A DNA stretch of 49,116 nt, taken from contig JAPDJB010000010.1 of assembly GCA_029259285.1 (NCBI GenBank), forward strand, positions 1 to 49,116, read 5' to 3'. Origin of the DNA: Candidatus Bathyarchaeota archaeon (lineage in GTDB: Archaea > Thermoproteota > Bathyarchaeia > TCS64 > B23). How positions within the stretch are numbered: position 1 is the first letter of the stretch; each line of letters starts with the position of its first letter. This document shows positions 37,772 through 46,389 of the stretch, one piece after another. The position numbers and the translations under genes were made by a program. Below the pieces are notes generated by a model. That model was not told the origin of the DNA. It searched no databases and worked only from the letters and a program-made list of their open reading frames with translations.

Positions 37772-37807
37772 AGCAGCAGAGATTTAACGCTTAGAATCCA
37801 TATCACC

Positions 37808-38911
37808 GTGGTGGAAGCCTTGGAGATATATGAGATTCTCAGAGACCTAATGGAGGCTCCAGCCGTCACGGGCTTCGAGGATCAGCGTCGCCAGAGAATA
37901 ATCGAGTATTATAAGCGGTTCTGCGACTCCGTCTCGGTTGATGTCATCGGAAACGTCATCGGAACCCTCGGCGAAGGCGATAGGGCCGTGATGATCGCAG
38001 GCCACTACGACCAGATAGGGTTCATGGTCCGCTACATCGATGATAAGGGCTACATCCACTTCTCACCCGTCGGAGGCTGGGATCAAAGGGTTGTCTACGG
38101 TATCAGGGTTAGGGTCTGGATCGGCGATGGATTGGATGACTATCTCATAGGCGTCGTTGGAGCCAAGCCTGCTCACCTGGCTGAGCCTAAGGAGAGGGAG
38201 AAGGTTGTTGGGTTTAAGGATATGCGCATAGACATCGGCGTTGGGAGCCGAGAGGAGGCTGAGAGGCTGGGGGTCAAGCCTGGATGCCCAATCACGCCGG
38301 ATTCTACGCTGACAAGGCTGGGCAAAGGCGATGGAGACCTATTGGTCGGCCCAGCCTTCGACGACGTCTGCGCCGTAGCCTCCATGATCAAGGCCCTGGA
38401 GATCCTCGACGGCGAAGCCCCCGAAGGCTTGAAGGTGTATATGGTGGCGACGGTTCAGGAGGAGATAGGGCTGAGGGGTGCAACGGTCTCGGGATATAAC
38501 CTGAAGCCCTGGTGCGCCATAGCCTGCGACGTGACGCACGCAGTGGCTCCAGGCGTCGAAGCTGAGAGGGTGGGGGGCGTGGAGCTGGGGAAGGGCCCCG
38601 TCATCGCCGTGGGAGCAAACTTCACCAGACCCCTATGGGAGCTGATGATGAAGGTAGCCGAGGAGAAGGGGATTCCATATCAACGTGAGGGGATACCAGG
38701 CCGCAGTGGGACGGATGCCTGGGCCCTGCAGGTTGTGAGGGGTGGAACCATAACGGGGCTGATATCCATACCGAATAGGTATATGCATACGCCCAACGAG
38801 GTCATCTCCCTCAGCGACTTGGAGAATGTGGCCAAGCTGATGGCTGAAACCCTCAAGGTGCTGCCAGACAGCGATCTAAGGCATATAATAGAGGTTTATA
38901 AGAAGAGTTAG
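37808..38911 (+). CDS. M42-family aminopeptidase (TET/FrvX-like)
   Basis: 367 aa, GTG start. Metal-ligand context motifs are IAGHYDQIGF, AFDDVCAV, VQEEIGLRGA, ACDVTHA and RYMHTPNE. Confidence 0.9.
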   Translation: MVEALEIYEILRDLMEAPAVTGFEDQRRQRIIEYYKRFCDSVSVDVIGNVIGTLGEGDRAVMIAGHYDQIGFMVRYIDDKGYIHFSPVGGWDQRVVYGIRVRVWIGDGLDDYLIGVVGAKPAHLAEPKEREKVVGFKDMRIDIGVGSREEAERLGVKPGCPITPDSTLTRLGKGDGDLLVGPAFDDVCAVASMIKALEILDGEAPEGLKVYMVATVQEEIGLRGATVSGYNLKPWCAIACDVTHAVAPGVEAERVGGVELGKGPVIAVGANFTRPLWELMMKVAEEKGIPYQREGIPGRSGTDAWALQVVRGGTITGLISIPNRYMHTPNEVISLSDLENVAKLMAETLKVLPDSDLRHIIEVYKKS

Positions 38912-38913
38912 CC

Positions 38914-38939
38914 TCTTTTATTGATTTTTATCTTTATCT
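38914..38939 (+). terminator. oligo-T tracts between two convergent genes
   Basis: The sequence ctcttttattgatttttatctttatc directly follows the M42 stop. Archaeal termination commonly uses T-runs. Confidence 0.35.
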
Positions 38940-38949
38940 CCCTTTCTAC

Positions 38950-40044
38950 TTAGGTAGAGGGAAGTGTAAGTTGTCTAAACTCTTCTCTTCCCTTCCTCCT
39001 CTCGATTTTCATTTTTCTCTTTGATGATTTTTTGCTCTTTTCAAGTATTTCTAACATTGCTTGAAGTTCTCCTGTAATAGCTTCATAGATATCATCGAGC
39101 TTATTTTTCCAATCTTCTAATCCTAGCATTTCAAGAGAAACCTCATCAATTAATCTCTGAATTGGACTTCGATTCTTATATCTATTAAATAATGTATCAA
39201 CATTAAGTTTACTAATTTCATCAAAAACTTTTAAAGCCCTATTATAAATATTTTCAGATAACATTTCAAAATTTGGTATGTGAATTTGAGACCAAACTTG
39301 ATCTCCTTGAAAAGCTACCCATGCTCCTTCTGTTTCAACAGCAAATCCAATCAGTTGTAATAATGAAATACTACTATTTAGATATAAAGTTAAGAGCTTT
39401 GATTTATCTAGCCCAAAATCATCCGTTTGAACACAAATCATTGGAGCTGAAGGGCCAATAATTTTATTTTCTGAGAAGAAAGTTAGATAATATATGTTAG
39501 GAGAGGTTAATCTCGCTCTTCTAACTAATAAAATATTTCCAGCTAGATCATCATATGCCTTTTTTAAGTCTTCTATAGCTCTACGAAAGTTTGAAAGATT
39601 TGTGATACCGGCCACCTTTAAAAAATTATATGGTATAGCATTACCATTAATAAGTGCGAATTCTTCTTTTCCTGTTATATTAAAATGAGAAACACCAGCT
39701 GGAGATCTCAAGGAATAAATACAGCAATTCAAATTAATTTCACATATGCTATCCTTCTGTTTAATGGGACATATTTTAATTTTATTTTCCTTTATTTCTT
39801 TAATTATAAATGAAATTTTACCACGAGCCCCGTATCTAACTAAAAATAGTCTTCTGGCATAGTCTTCAACACCACGTGTAATGTATTGCCCTGGATTATA
39901 ATCTCTAAGAGAAATTAATCCTGAATTTTCAATGTCACCTATTGTTGGATGATTGGAAATATCATCTAATAAATCAAGGATTATATTCTGTGTTTTGAGA
40001 TTATTTAATCCAACTAATGGTTTTATATTTTTAATATGCTTCAT
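38950..40044 (-). CDS. AT-rich ORF (364 aa from the first Met); the C-terminal part resembles specificity/C-terminal domains of N6-adenine-methylase-type R-M enzymes; probably 5'-truncated
   Basis: The track ORF (508 aa) runs on into the antisense of the Lrp gene, and only codons from M145 (40044) onward are AT-rich. The segment KSKLLTLYLNSSISLLQLIGFAVETEGAWVAFQGDQVWSQIHIPNF recalls the LNS....F......G.....y....l..lPIP pattern of TaqI-like/type IIG C-terminal domains. This is from memory only. No methylase catalytic motif (NPPY/F) is present. Confidence 0.4.
   Translation of the reverse strand: MKHIKNIKPLVGLNNLKTQNIILDLLDDISNHPTIGDIENSGLISLRDYNPGQYITRGVEDYARRLFLVRYGARGKISFIIKEIKENKIKICPIKQKDSICEINLNCCIYSLRSPAGVSHFNITGKEEFALINGNAIPYNFLKVAGITNLSNFRRAIEDLKKAYDDLAGNILLVRRARLTSPNIYYLTFFSENKIIGPSAPMICVQTDDFGLDKSKLLTLYLNSSISLLQLIGFAVETEGAWVAFQGDQVWSQIHIPNFEMLSENIYNRALKVFDEISKLNVDTLFNRYKNRSPIQRLIDEVSLEMLGLEDWKNKLDDIYEAITGELQAMLEILEKSKKSSKRKMKIERRKGREEFRQLTLPST
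40022..40029 (+). promoter_or_regulatory. TATA-like box TTTATATT spaced for a leaderless Lrp transcript starting at ATG 40048
   Basis: The box centre is about 23-26 nt upstream of the ATG at 40048. It lies inside the AT-rich ORF on the opposite strand, so it could be fortuitous. Confidence 0.35.
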
Positions 40045-40047
40045 GTT

Positions 40048-40536
40048 ATGCGAAAAGGTCAGCTCGATGAGATCGACAAGGCAATTATCGAGAACATCCT
40101 GAAGGGCAAGACGCAGAGTGAAATTGCAGAGATGCTTGGAATAACACTCAGGACTGTTCAGAACAGGGTCAGAGCTTTGGAAGACAGTGGGTATCTCATA
40201 AAAATAAAGGAGGGGTACTGGAAGGCTAACTACCAGAAACTCGGCCTCAGCATGCTCACAGTGACCTTCATAGATCTGGACGTGGAGTCGAAGCCCAGAA
40301 TTGATGAGGTGATAGAGCACTTCAAAAAGCTGGACTACGTTGAGAACATACTTGAGCTCGTCGGCTCTGCTTATGACCTCTGCCTTGTCGTGAGATACAA
40401 GGACATTGCAGAGTTCAACAAGGAAAGAAGGAAGTTTATGGAGTGGTTTGTTAAAAATGGAATCGGAATCAACCATCTGAGTACCTACATCTCTTCAAAG
40501 TGTCACAAGGATCACAGGAGAACGATACTTGACTAA
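40048..40536 (+). CDS. Lrp/AsnC-type HTH transcriptional regulator
   Basis: MRKGQLDEIDKAIIENILKGKTQSEIAEMLGITLRTVQNRVRALEDSGYL is an AsnC-type HTH, followed by a small alpha/beta effector-like domain. The track start at 40036 adds four residues. Confidence 0.8.
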   Translation: MRKGQLDEIDKAIIENILKGKTQSEIAEMLGITLRTVQNRVRALEDSGYLIKIKEGYWKANYQKLGLSMLTVTFIDLDVESKPRIDEVIEHFKKLDYVENILELVGSAYDLCLVVRYKDIAEFNKERRKFMEWFVKNGIGINHLSTYISSKCHKDHRRTILD

Positions 40537-40542
40537 ACGCAC

Positions 40543-40548
40543 TTTTTT
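40543..40548 (+). terminator. T6 tract 7 nt after the Lrp stop codon
   Basis: acgcacttttttgc follows the TAA at 40534-40536. Confidence 0.4.
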
Positions 40549-40596
40549 GCAACTCAGCTGAACATTTTTATCGGTTGTTAATACATTTCAAAAAAG

Positions 40597-40604
40597 TTTT
40601 AAAA
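40597..40604 (+). promoter_or_regulatory. TATA-like box TTTTAAAA about 27 nt upstream of the CooC-like ATG (leaderless spacing)
   Basis: aaaagttttaaaactatg; the box centre is near 40600 and the ATG is at 40627. Confidence 0.45.
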
Positions 40605-40626
40605 CTATGTGTGAACAGTTGATGTA

Positions 40627-41355
40627 ATGAAGATACTCGTTTGCGGGAAGGGTGGGTGTGGTAAGAGCGTAATTTCAACCTTAATTGCAAAGGGGCTGGC
40701 TGCAAGAGGCAGGAAGGTCCTTGTTGTTGATGCTGATGAGTCAAACTATGGCATACACAGAAATCTTGGTGTTGAGCAGCCCAGAGACTTCATGGAGTGG
40801 CTTGGCGGGAAGGAAAAGGTAAGAGAAAAGCTGCTGAAGTTCATACAAGAGGATACGAGAATCGTTGAAGATGTGAGAATTGACATGCTGCCTGAGGACT
40901 TTGTTGAGAGGAAGAACGGTATCGCGGTGATGGCTATCGGCAAAATCCACGAGTTTGGCGAGGGCTGTGCCTGTCCGATGGGTGCTGTGGCAAGGGAGTT
41001 TCTGGAGTCCATCAAGCTTGAAGATGGCGAGGATGTTGTTGTTGACACCGATGCGGGGATAGAGCACTTTGGCAGGGGAGTTGAGGCTGGATGTGACGTT
41101 GTTGTGGTTGTTATTGAGCCCAGCTATGAGTCGATTAGACTTGCGGAGAAGATTGCCAGTATGGCCAGAAGCATCGGTAAGAGGGTTGTGAGGGTTGCGA
41201 ACAAGGTCGATGAGGAAGCTGCGGAATTGATAGAGGCCGATGCTTACGTTCCATACAGTCAGGAGATCTATCGAGCATGCCTTTTTGGAGAGGAAATTCC
41301 GCTGGTAGATGGTGCTGACAGAATCGTTGACAAAATTTTGGAGGTGGCGAAATGA
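40627..41355 (+). CDS. CooC/MinD-type P-loop ATPase (nickel-insertion accessory protein family)
   Basis: 242 aa. The deviant Walker A is CGKGGCGKS and a CxC-like metal motif is GEGCACP. The layout resembles CooC/AcsF-type ATPases. Confidence 0.75.
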   Translation: MKILVCGKGGCGKSVISTLIAKGLAARGRKVLVVDADESNYGIHRNLGVEQPRDFMEWLGGKEKVREKLLKFIQEDTRIVEDVRIDMLPEDFVERKNGIAVMAIGKIHEFGEGCACPMGAVAREFLESIKLEDGEDVVVDTDAGIEHFGRGVEAGCDVVVVVIEPSYESIRLAEKIASMARSIGKRVVRVANKVDEEAAELIEADAYVPYSQEIYRACLFGEEIPLVDGADRIVDKILEVAK

Positions 41356-42448
41356 GAAAACTGGTGGTGATCTTTGCACTCATTCTTGTTGCAGCACTTG
41401 TAGCTGGATGCGCCCAGAAGCAGGAGGAAAAAACCGAGACTGTGAAGGTGGTGGATTAGTAGGAAGGGAGGTTGAGGTGCCTGCAAAGGTCGAGAGGGTT
41501 GTTGCCATAGGTCCTGGAGCGTTGAGGCTGATTGTCTATCTCAATGCATCTGACATGGTTGTTGGGGTTGAAGACGCTGAAACCTCCTGGCCGGCGATGG
41601 GTAGGCCCTACAGAATGGCACATCCAGAGTTTGCCGAGATGAAGGTGATTGGGAAAGGTGGACCGAGTCCGACTCCTAACCCCGAGGCCATAGCTGCGGT
41701 AAAGCCGGATGTGATTTTTGCCTGTTATTTCGACAGCAGCAGGGCGAATGCACTGCAGGAGCAAACTGGTGTGCCTGTTGTGGTTTTGAGCTATGGAGAG
41801 CTGGGCAACTTCAGGGCTGAGGAGATATACGACTCCCTCAGGCTGGCGGGGAAGATCTTGGGGAAAGAGGAGAGGGCTGAGGAGATAATAAACTTCATCG
41901 AGTCGGCCTATGCCGATCTCTCCAGCAGGGTTGAAGATGTCCCTGACAGTGAGAAACCATCGGTCTTTGTTGGGGCGCTCGGTTTCAAAGGCGGGCATGG
42001 CATTGAATCCACACAGTGCAACTTCCCACCTTTCATGGCTGTGAAGGCTAAAAATGTCGCATGTGAGGCTGAGAAGAGTGGCCCCTTCTTCATAGACAAG
42101 GAGCAGCTTCTGGAGTGGGACCCGGATGTCATCTTCCTGGACGAGAACAACCTCCACTTGGTTCTCACGGATTACGAGAAGAACCCTGAGGTTTACAGAT
42201 CTTTGAAGGCCTTCAAGAACGGAGGGATCTACGGGATACTGCCATTCAACTACTACACCACCAACATAGAGACGGCAATTGCCGATGCGTACTTCATAGG
42301 CAAGGTTCTGTATCCCGATAAGTTTGCGGACATCGATCCGGCAAAGAAGGCAGATGAGATCTTCAAGTTCTTTGTCGGCAAGGAGCTCTACGCCGAGATG
42401 GCAGCGAAGTATGGCGGGTTTAAGAACATAGCAGATGCATTCACATGA
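41352..42448 (+). pseudogene. Fe-chelate/cobalamin-type ABC substrate-binding lipoprotein with a 1-nt frame break near 41456
   Basis: The ATG at 41352 encodes [35 protein letters not shown], a lipobox signal peptide. The mature domain ([25 protein letters not shown]...) continues in another frame to 42448. One extra T in gattag (to gatttag) would fuse them as ..[14 protein letters not shown].., the usual start of class III binding proteins. Confidence 0.75.
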
Positions 42449-43461
42449 TCGAGTACAGCAGAAGGCTGAGAAATGCGGAGATTTTGCTGATAGCAGTACT
42501 TGTTTCTTCCTTCTTATTTGCCCTCTTCATCGGCCCCTACGATCTCACACCTAAGGAGGTCATCGATGCATTGGTGACGGGAACTCCGCCTGTAATAAGG
42601 AGCGTCCGTCTGCCGAGGATTGTGACAGCACTGCTTGTTGGAGCAAGTCTTGCAGTTAGTGGGGCTGTTATGCAGTGCATCCTCAGGAATCCATTAGCTT
42701 CTCCTTTCACCCTCGGCATATCTCAGGGGGCCGCCTTTGGGGCGGCGTTTGCAATAATCTACTTGGGGGCGGGAGTGCTGCACAGGACGGGGGAGAGCCT
42801 AACAATCCTGAACCCCTACCTCGTCCCCTTCTTTGCCTTTCTCGGCTCGCTCATAAGTGTGTTCGTTATTTTAATGCTGTCCAAGCTCAGAAATTTAAGC
42901 CCTGAGGCCATGATTCTGGCGGGAGTTGCCATGGCCTCTCTTTTCCAGGCCGCAACGATGCTGATGCAGTACTTCACGGATGATGTAAAGGTGGCATCTG
43001 TCGTTTTCTGGACTTTCGGAGATATGGGCAGAACGACATGGATGGAGATCTTTCTGATCTTCCTTGCACTCTCATTCTGCCTCCTGTACTTTATTATGAG
43101 GAGGATGGACTACAACGCATTAACTCTGGCCGATGAAACTGCCATATCCCTCGGGGTCAACCCACAGAGGGTGAGGATGGAGAGCCTTCTGCTTGCATCC
43201 TTCTTAACGGCGATATGTGTCTCCTTTACCGGTATTGTGGGGTTTATCGGACTTGTTGCCCCGCACTCGATAAGGATAGCTGTTACGGGAGATTACAGAT
43301 ACCTCATCCCTCTCAGCACTGCTTTTGGGGCAGCTTTACTGCTCATAGCGGATACCTTCGGAAGGACGATCTTGATGACGGTGGCCATCCCTGTAGGTAT
43401 AGTGACGGCCTTTATTGGAGCACCCACCTTCATATATCTTCTCCTTAGAGGCTGGAGGTGA
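42445..43461 (+). CDS. FecCD-family ABC transporter permease
   Basis: 338 aa polytopic protein. [23 protein letters not shown] and [15 protein letters not shown] are FecCD/BtuC signatures. ATGA overlap with the upstream gene. Confidence 0.9.
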   Translation: MIEYSRRLRNAEILLIAVLVSSFLFALFIGPYDLTPKEVIDALVTGTPPVIRSVRLPRIVTALLVGASLAVSGAVMQCILRNPLASPFTLGISQGAAFGAAFAIIYLGAGVLHRTGESLTILNPYLVPFFAFLGSLISVFVILMLSKLRNLSPEAMILAGVAMASLFQAATMLMQYFTDDVKVASVVFWTFGDMGRTTWMEIFLIFLALSFCLLYFIMRRMDYNALTLADETAISLGVNPQRVRMESLLLASFLTAICVSFTGIVGFIGLVAPHSIRIAVTGDYRYLIPLSTAFGAALLLIADTFGRTILMTVAIPVGIVTAFIGAPTFIYLLLRGWR

Positions 43462-43465
43462 TCGC

Positions 43466-44209
43466 ATGTCAATCACTGTTAAAGGTTTGAGTTTTTCCTA
43501 CAACTCGAAACCCGTCTTGAAAAATCTGAGTTTCGATGTCAGGGCTGGAGAAGTTGTGTTTATTGTTGGACCAAATGGCAGCGGGAAGACGACCCTTTTA
43601 AAGTGCATCGCAGGGATACTGAAGCCAAGAGGGGCAGTATTAGTCGAGGGATTAAATCTTTCGGGCAAGGATCTGGCAAAAAGACTTGCATACGTCCCTC
43701 AGAGAAGTGACGTGGCATTCTTAACGGTTTTTGACATCATACTTCTCGGAAGGAAGCCGCACATGGGGTTTAGGCCGGGAAAGGAGGACTATGAAGTCGT
43801 GAGGGAGGTTATCACCCTGATGGACCTTGACGAACTTGCCTTCAGAAGGGTGGATGAGCTGAGTGGGGGAGAAGTGCAGAAGGTCATGATAGCCCGTGCC
43901 CTTGCACAGAAGCCGAGGATACTGCTGCTTGACGAGCCAACGAACAACCTGGATGTGAGAAACCAGATAGAGATAATGAGGCTGATCAGAAAAATTGCAA
44001 AGGAGAGCGGCATATCAGTGGTATCGACAATGCACGACCTAAATCTTGCATCACTTTATGCGGACAGGATTCTGATGCTGAAAGATGGGGAAATATTTGC
44101 CGAAGGTGGTCTGGAGGTCCTGACCAAGGAGAACATCAGGGCTGTGTACGGCATAGATGTGGAGGTTGTGCGGTTTAATGGGAAGGCTGTGATCCTGCCG
44201 GGTGAATGA
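43466..44209 (+). CDS. ABC transporter ATP-binding protein (FecE/BtuD/HemV-type)
   Basis: The start is moved to MSITVKGLSF (GGTGA 5 nt upstream). Walker A is GPNGSGKTT, the signature is LSGGEVQKV and Walker B is LLLDEP. Confidence 0.9.
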   Translation: MSITVKGLSFSYNSKPVLKNLSFDVRAGEVVFIVGPNGSGKTTLLKCIAGILKPRGAVLVEGLNLSGKDLAKRLAYVPQRSDVAFLTVFDIILLGRKPHMGFRPGKEDYEVVREVITLMDLDELAFRRVDELSGGEVQKVMIARALAQKPRILLLDEPTNNLDVRNQIEIMRLIRKIAKESGISVVSTMHDLNLASLYADRILMLKDGEIFAEGGLEVLTKENIRAVYGIDVEVVRFNGKAVILPGE

Positions 44210-45203
44210 AATGCTGGAGATCCCGGAACTGGCAGAGGAATTCGAGGAGATGATCAAAAGCTGGGGTGATGGGTTCAGAAAGATGCAGCTTTTGAGAGCG
44301 GCGATAAACCTGGGGCTGTTTGACAGGCTGAAAGAACCGAAGACTCCCAAAGAGCTGGAAATTGGAGATGAGAAGCTCACACGGATTGTACTTGAATGCT
44401 TGGCAACATTGGGCCTTGTTGAGAAGAGAGATGGCAGGTACACTCTGTCCAAGATCTCTGAAATCTTCCTGACCTCCGACTCACCCTACTCTCAGCTCAG
44501 GTGCTTGGACAAGCTCTTCTCAGATCTCGAAATGTGGACGGAGCTTGAGAGCATACTGAAAAAAGGCCCGATAAAGGTTGAAAGGGGCAAATTCTTCTCA
44601 GAATCTGTGATACACTCTATGGCCCAGCATGCACTTTTGGGTGAGCTCCAAAAAACTGTTGAAATTGTTTACGAGTACATTAAGACGGCAGAGCGTCTGC
44701 TGGATCTTGGGGGAGGGCACGGCCTGTACTCGATTGCCTTTACAAAGGTAAATCCCAGGCTTACAGCAGTTGTGTTTGACCTTCCGGAGGTTGTTGAAAA
44801 GGCGAGAGAGTACGTGCAGAGACACTCTGCCAGCAGAGTGGAATTTGTTGCGGGAGACTTCTTCGTCGATGATATCGGTGCTGGATACGATGTGGTGTTC
44901 TCGTCCTACAACCCGAGCGGTAAGAGCGTGTGGATGATCGACAAGATACGGAAGGCTCTAAATCCTGGCGGGATTTACATCAACAAGCAGTACTTCAAAA
45001 GCAACAGCAGGGGTATAGATCTCTGCGATCTTGAGTGGAACCTCTGGTGCTTTGGTGAAGTTGAGAAGGCTGAGAAAAAGTATACCTTCAGGAAGGATCT
45101 GGATATTGATGGATACATCAGAGAGCTTCTCAAAAGGGGCTTTGAAGTCCTCAAGGTTCTCGATTTTGGAGAAGTAAATATGATCGTTGCAAGGAAAAAG
45201 TAA
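44202..45203 (+). CDS. SAM-dependent methyltransferase with an N-terminal winged-helix dimerisation-type domain (O-methyltransferase family 2-like)
   Basis: 333 aa. An N-terminal wHTH-like region (LRAAINLGLFDRL...LATLGLVEK) is followed by motif I LLDLGGGHGLYS and DLPEVV. It overlaps the ATPase stop. Confidence 0.7.
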   Translation: MNEMLEIPELAEEFEEMIKSWGDGFRKMQLLRAAINLGLFDRLKEPKTPKELEIGDEKLTRIVLECLATLGLVEKRDGRYTLSKISEIFLTSDSPYSQLRCLDKLFSDLEMWTELESILKKGPIKVERGKFFSESVIHSMAQHALLGELQKTVEIVYEYIKTAERLLDLGGGHGLYSIAFTKVNPRLTAVVFDLPEVVEKAREYVQRHSASRVEFVAGDFFVDDIGAGYDVVFSSYNPSGKSVWMIDKIRKALNPGGIYINKQYFKSNSRGIDLCDLEWNLWCFGEVEKAEKKYTFRKDLDIDGYIRELLKRGFEVLKVLDFGEVNMIVARKK

Positions 45204-45229
45204 ATAACAGCCCCTCCCCAGTATGGCAG

Positions 45230-46219
45230 ATGCAGGATTTCAAGAAGCTCCCAACTGTCTTGACAGCTGAGGAGCTTATAGATAAAATCTTCAGACGTGC
45301 AGGGAAAGTCGAGGGTAGAAATCCGAAAGAGAGGGCTATAAACAAGCTTTCCACGATATCCAACGTCTCGAAGGACTACTTAAGGAAGATCGTCGAGGCC
45401 CATCCGAGCTACGATTCACTGCCGGACTTTTACCGCGAGATGGTGGATGTCGTTGTTGGGATTCGAAACCTCAAGAAGGCCCTTGCAGCTCTTAAATGGG
45501 CGGATGGTATGATTCAGAAAATCGTCAGCAAAAGCATAAGAGATGTGAAGAGTGGTAAGAACCCGGCAAGTGTTCTAAGATCCACGTACGGAAGAGTTGC
45601 CTCGGTCATAGAGCAGATCGATGAAGAGCTGAGGTTCCTCAACGATGCAAAAAACAGGATGAGGGAGATACCCGTTCTGCTCGACTTGCCCACACTGGTT
45701 GTTGCTGGTTACCCCAATGTTGGGAAGTCCTCTCTCGTGGCCAGAATTTCGACAGTTAAGCCCGAGGTTGCCAGCTACCCCTTCACGACCAAAAAGGTAA
45801 ATTTGGGCTTTGCAGAAATTGGTGGGAAGAGGGTTCAGATCATAGACACTCCCGGACTGCTTGACAGACCCCTCAGCAAGCGAAACGCCATAGAGAGGAG
45901 GGCAGTTCTGTGCTTAAAGCACTTGGCCGATGCCGTCATTTTCGTGATAGATCCGACAGAAACGTGTGGCTATCCTGTGGAGAGGCAGATTGCCCTGCTT
46001 GAAGAAATCAGGACCTACTTCCATCTGCCCGTGCTGGAGGTTTACAGCAAGGCAGACATGCACGATAGAAGGGACAAGCCGGCATACTCAGCCATAACTG
46101 GAGAGGGGATTGATGCCGTGCTTGAGGAAATAGAAAAAATGTTAAAAAAGATTTACTCGCAGACGTCCACAGTTATGGCGCCCTCAGGGCAAACCTCTAC
46201 ACAGGAGCAGCACTCCTGA
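45230..46219 (+). CDS. Nog1/Drg-like GTP-binding protein
   Basis: 329 aa. A NOG1-type N-terminal helical domain is followed by G1 GYPNVGKSS, G3 DTPGLLD and G4-like SKAD. The last roughly 22 codons are antisense to the ferredoxin gene. Confidence 0.85.
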   Translation: MQDFKKLPTVLTAEELIDKIFRRAGKVEGRNPKERAINKLSTISNVSKDYLRKIVEAHPSYDSLPDFYREMVDVVVGIRNLKKALAALKWADGMIQKIVSKSIRDVKSGKNPASVLRSTYGRVASVIEQIDEELRFLNDAKNRMREIPVLLDLPTLVVAGYPNVGKSSLVARISTVKPEVASYPFTTKKVNLGFAEIGGKRVQIIDTPGLLDRPLSKRNAIERRAVLCLKHLADAVIFVIDPTETCGYPVERQIALLEEIRTYFHLPVLEVYSKADMHDRRDKPAYSAITGEGIDAVLEEIEKMLKKIYSQTSTVMAPSGQTSTQEQHS

Positions 46220-46344
46220 CATTCATCAGGGTTTGCCGGATAGCTCTTTCCGTCGTCGTTGAACTCAAAAACTCCTCCAGGGCAGACAGAAATGCACTCT
46301 CCACATCCACTGCATTTGTCCTGATCCACCGTTATTTCAGCCAT
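46153..46344 (-). CDS. 2x[4Fe-4S] ferredoxin
   Basis: 63 aa with two CxxCxxCxxxCP motifs (CSGCGECISVCP, CQECCSCVEVCP). Confidence 0.85.
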   Translation of the reverse strand: MAEITVDQDKCSGCGECISVCPGGVFEFNDDGKSYPANPDECQECCSCVEVCPEGAITVDVCE

Positions 46345-46389
46345 TTAGCATCACCTCCAAGAGTCAATTTTCTGGTAGGAGGGAAGTAT

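Noticed and set aside
40045-40476. The N-terminal 144 codons of the 508-aa track ORF 38950..40476 (-)
   Set aside because: This part is exactly antisense to the well-supported Lrp gene. It has that gene's composition rather than the AT-rich style of the rest of the ORF, and it has no recognisable motifs. It is treated as a fortuitous open antisense frame.
40741-42168. Long minus-strand ORFs 40741..41379 (212 aa), 41456..42157 (233 aa) and 41908..42168, and the track start 41309 for the binding protein
   Set aside because: They are antisense to the CooC-like and binding-protein genes. The 41309 start produces a non-signal, Cys/Trp-rich N-terminus overlapping the CooC-like gene, whereas the ATG at 41352 gives a proper lipoprotein signal in the neighbouring frame.
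43415-43465. Track start 43415 for the ABC ATPase
   Set aside because: The extension overlaps the permease 3' end. MSITVKGL at 43466 has GGTGA upstream and matches the usual N-terminus of this ATPase family.
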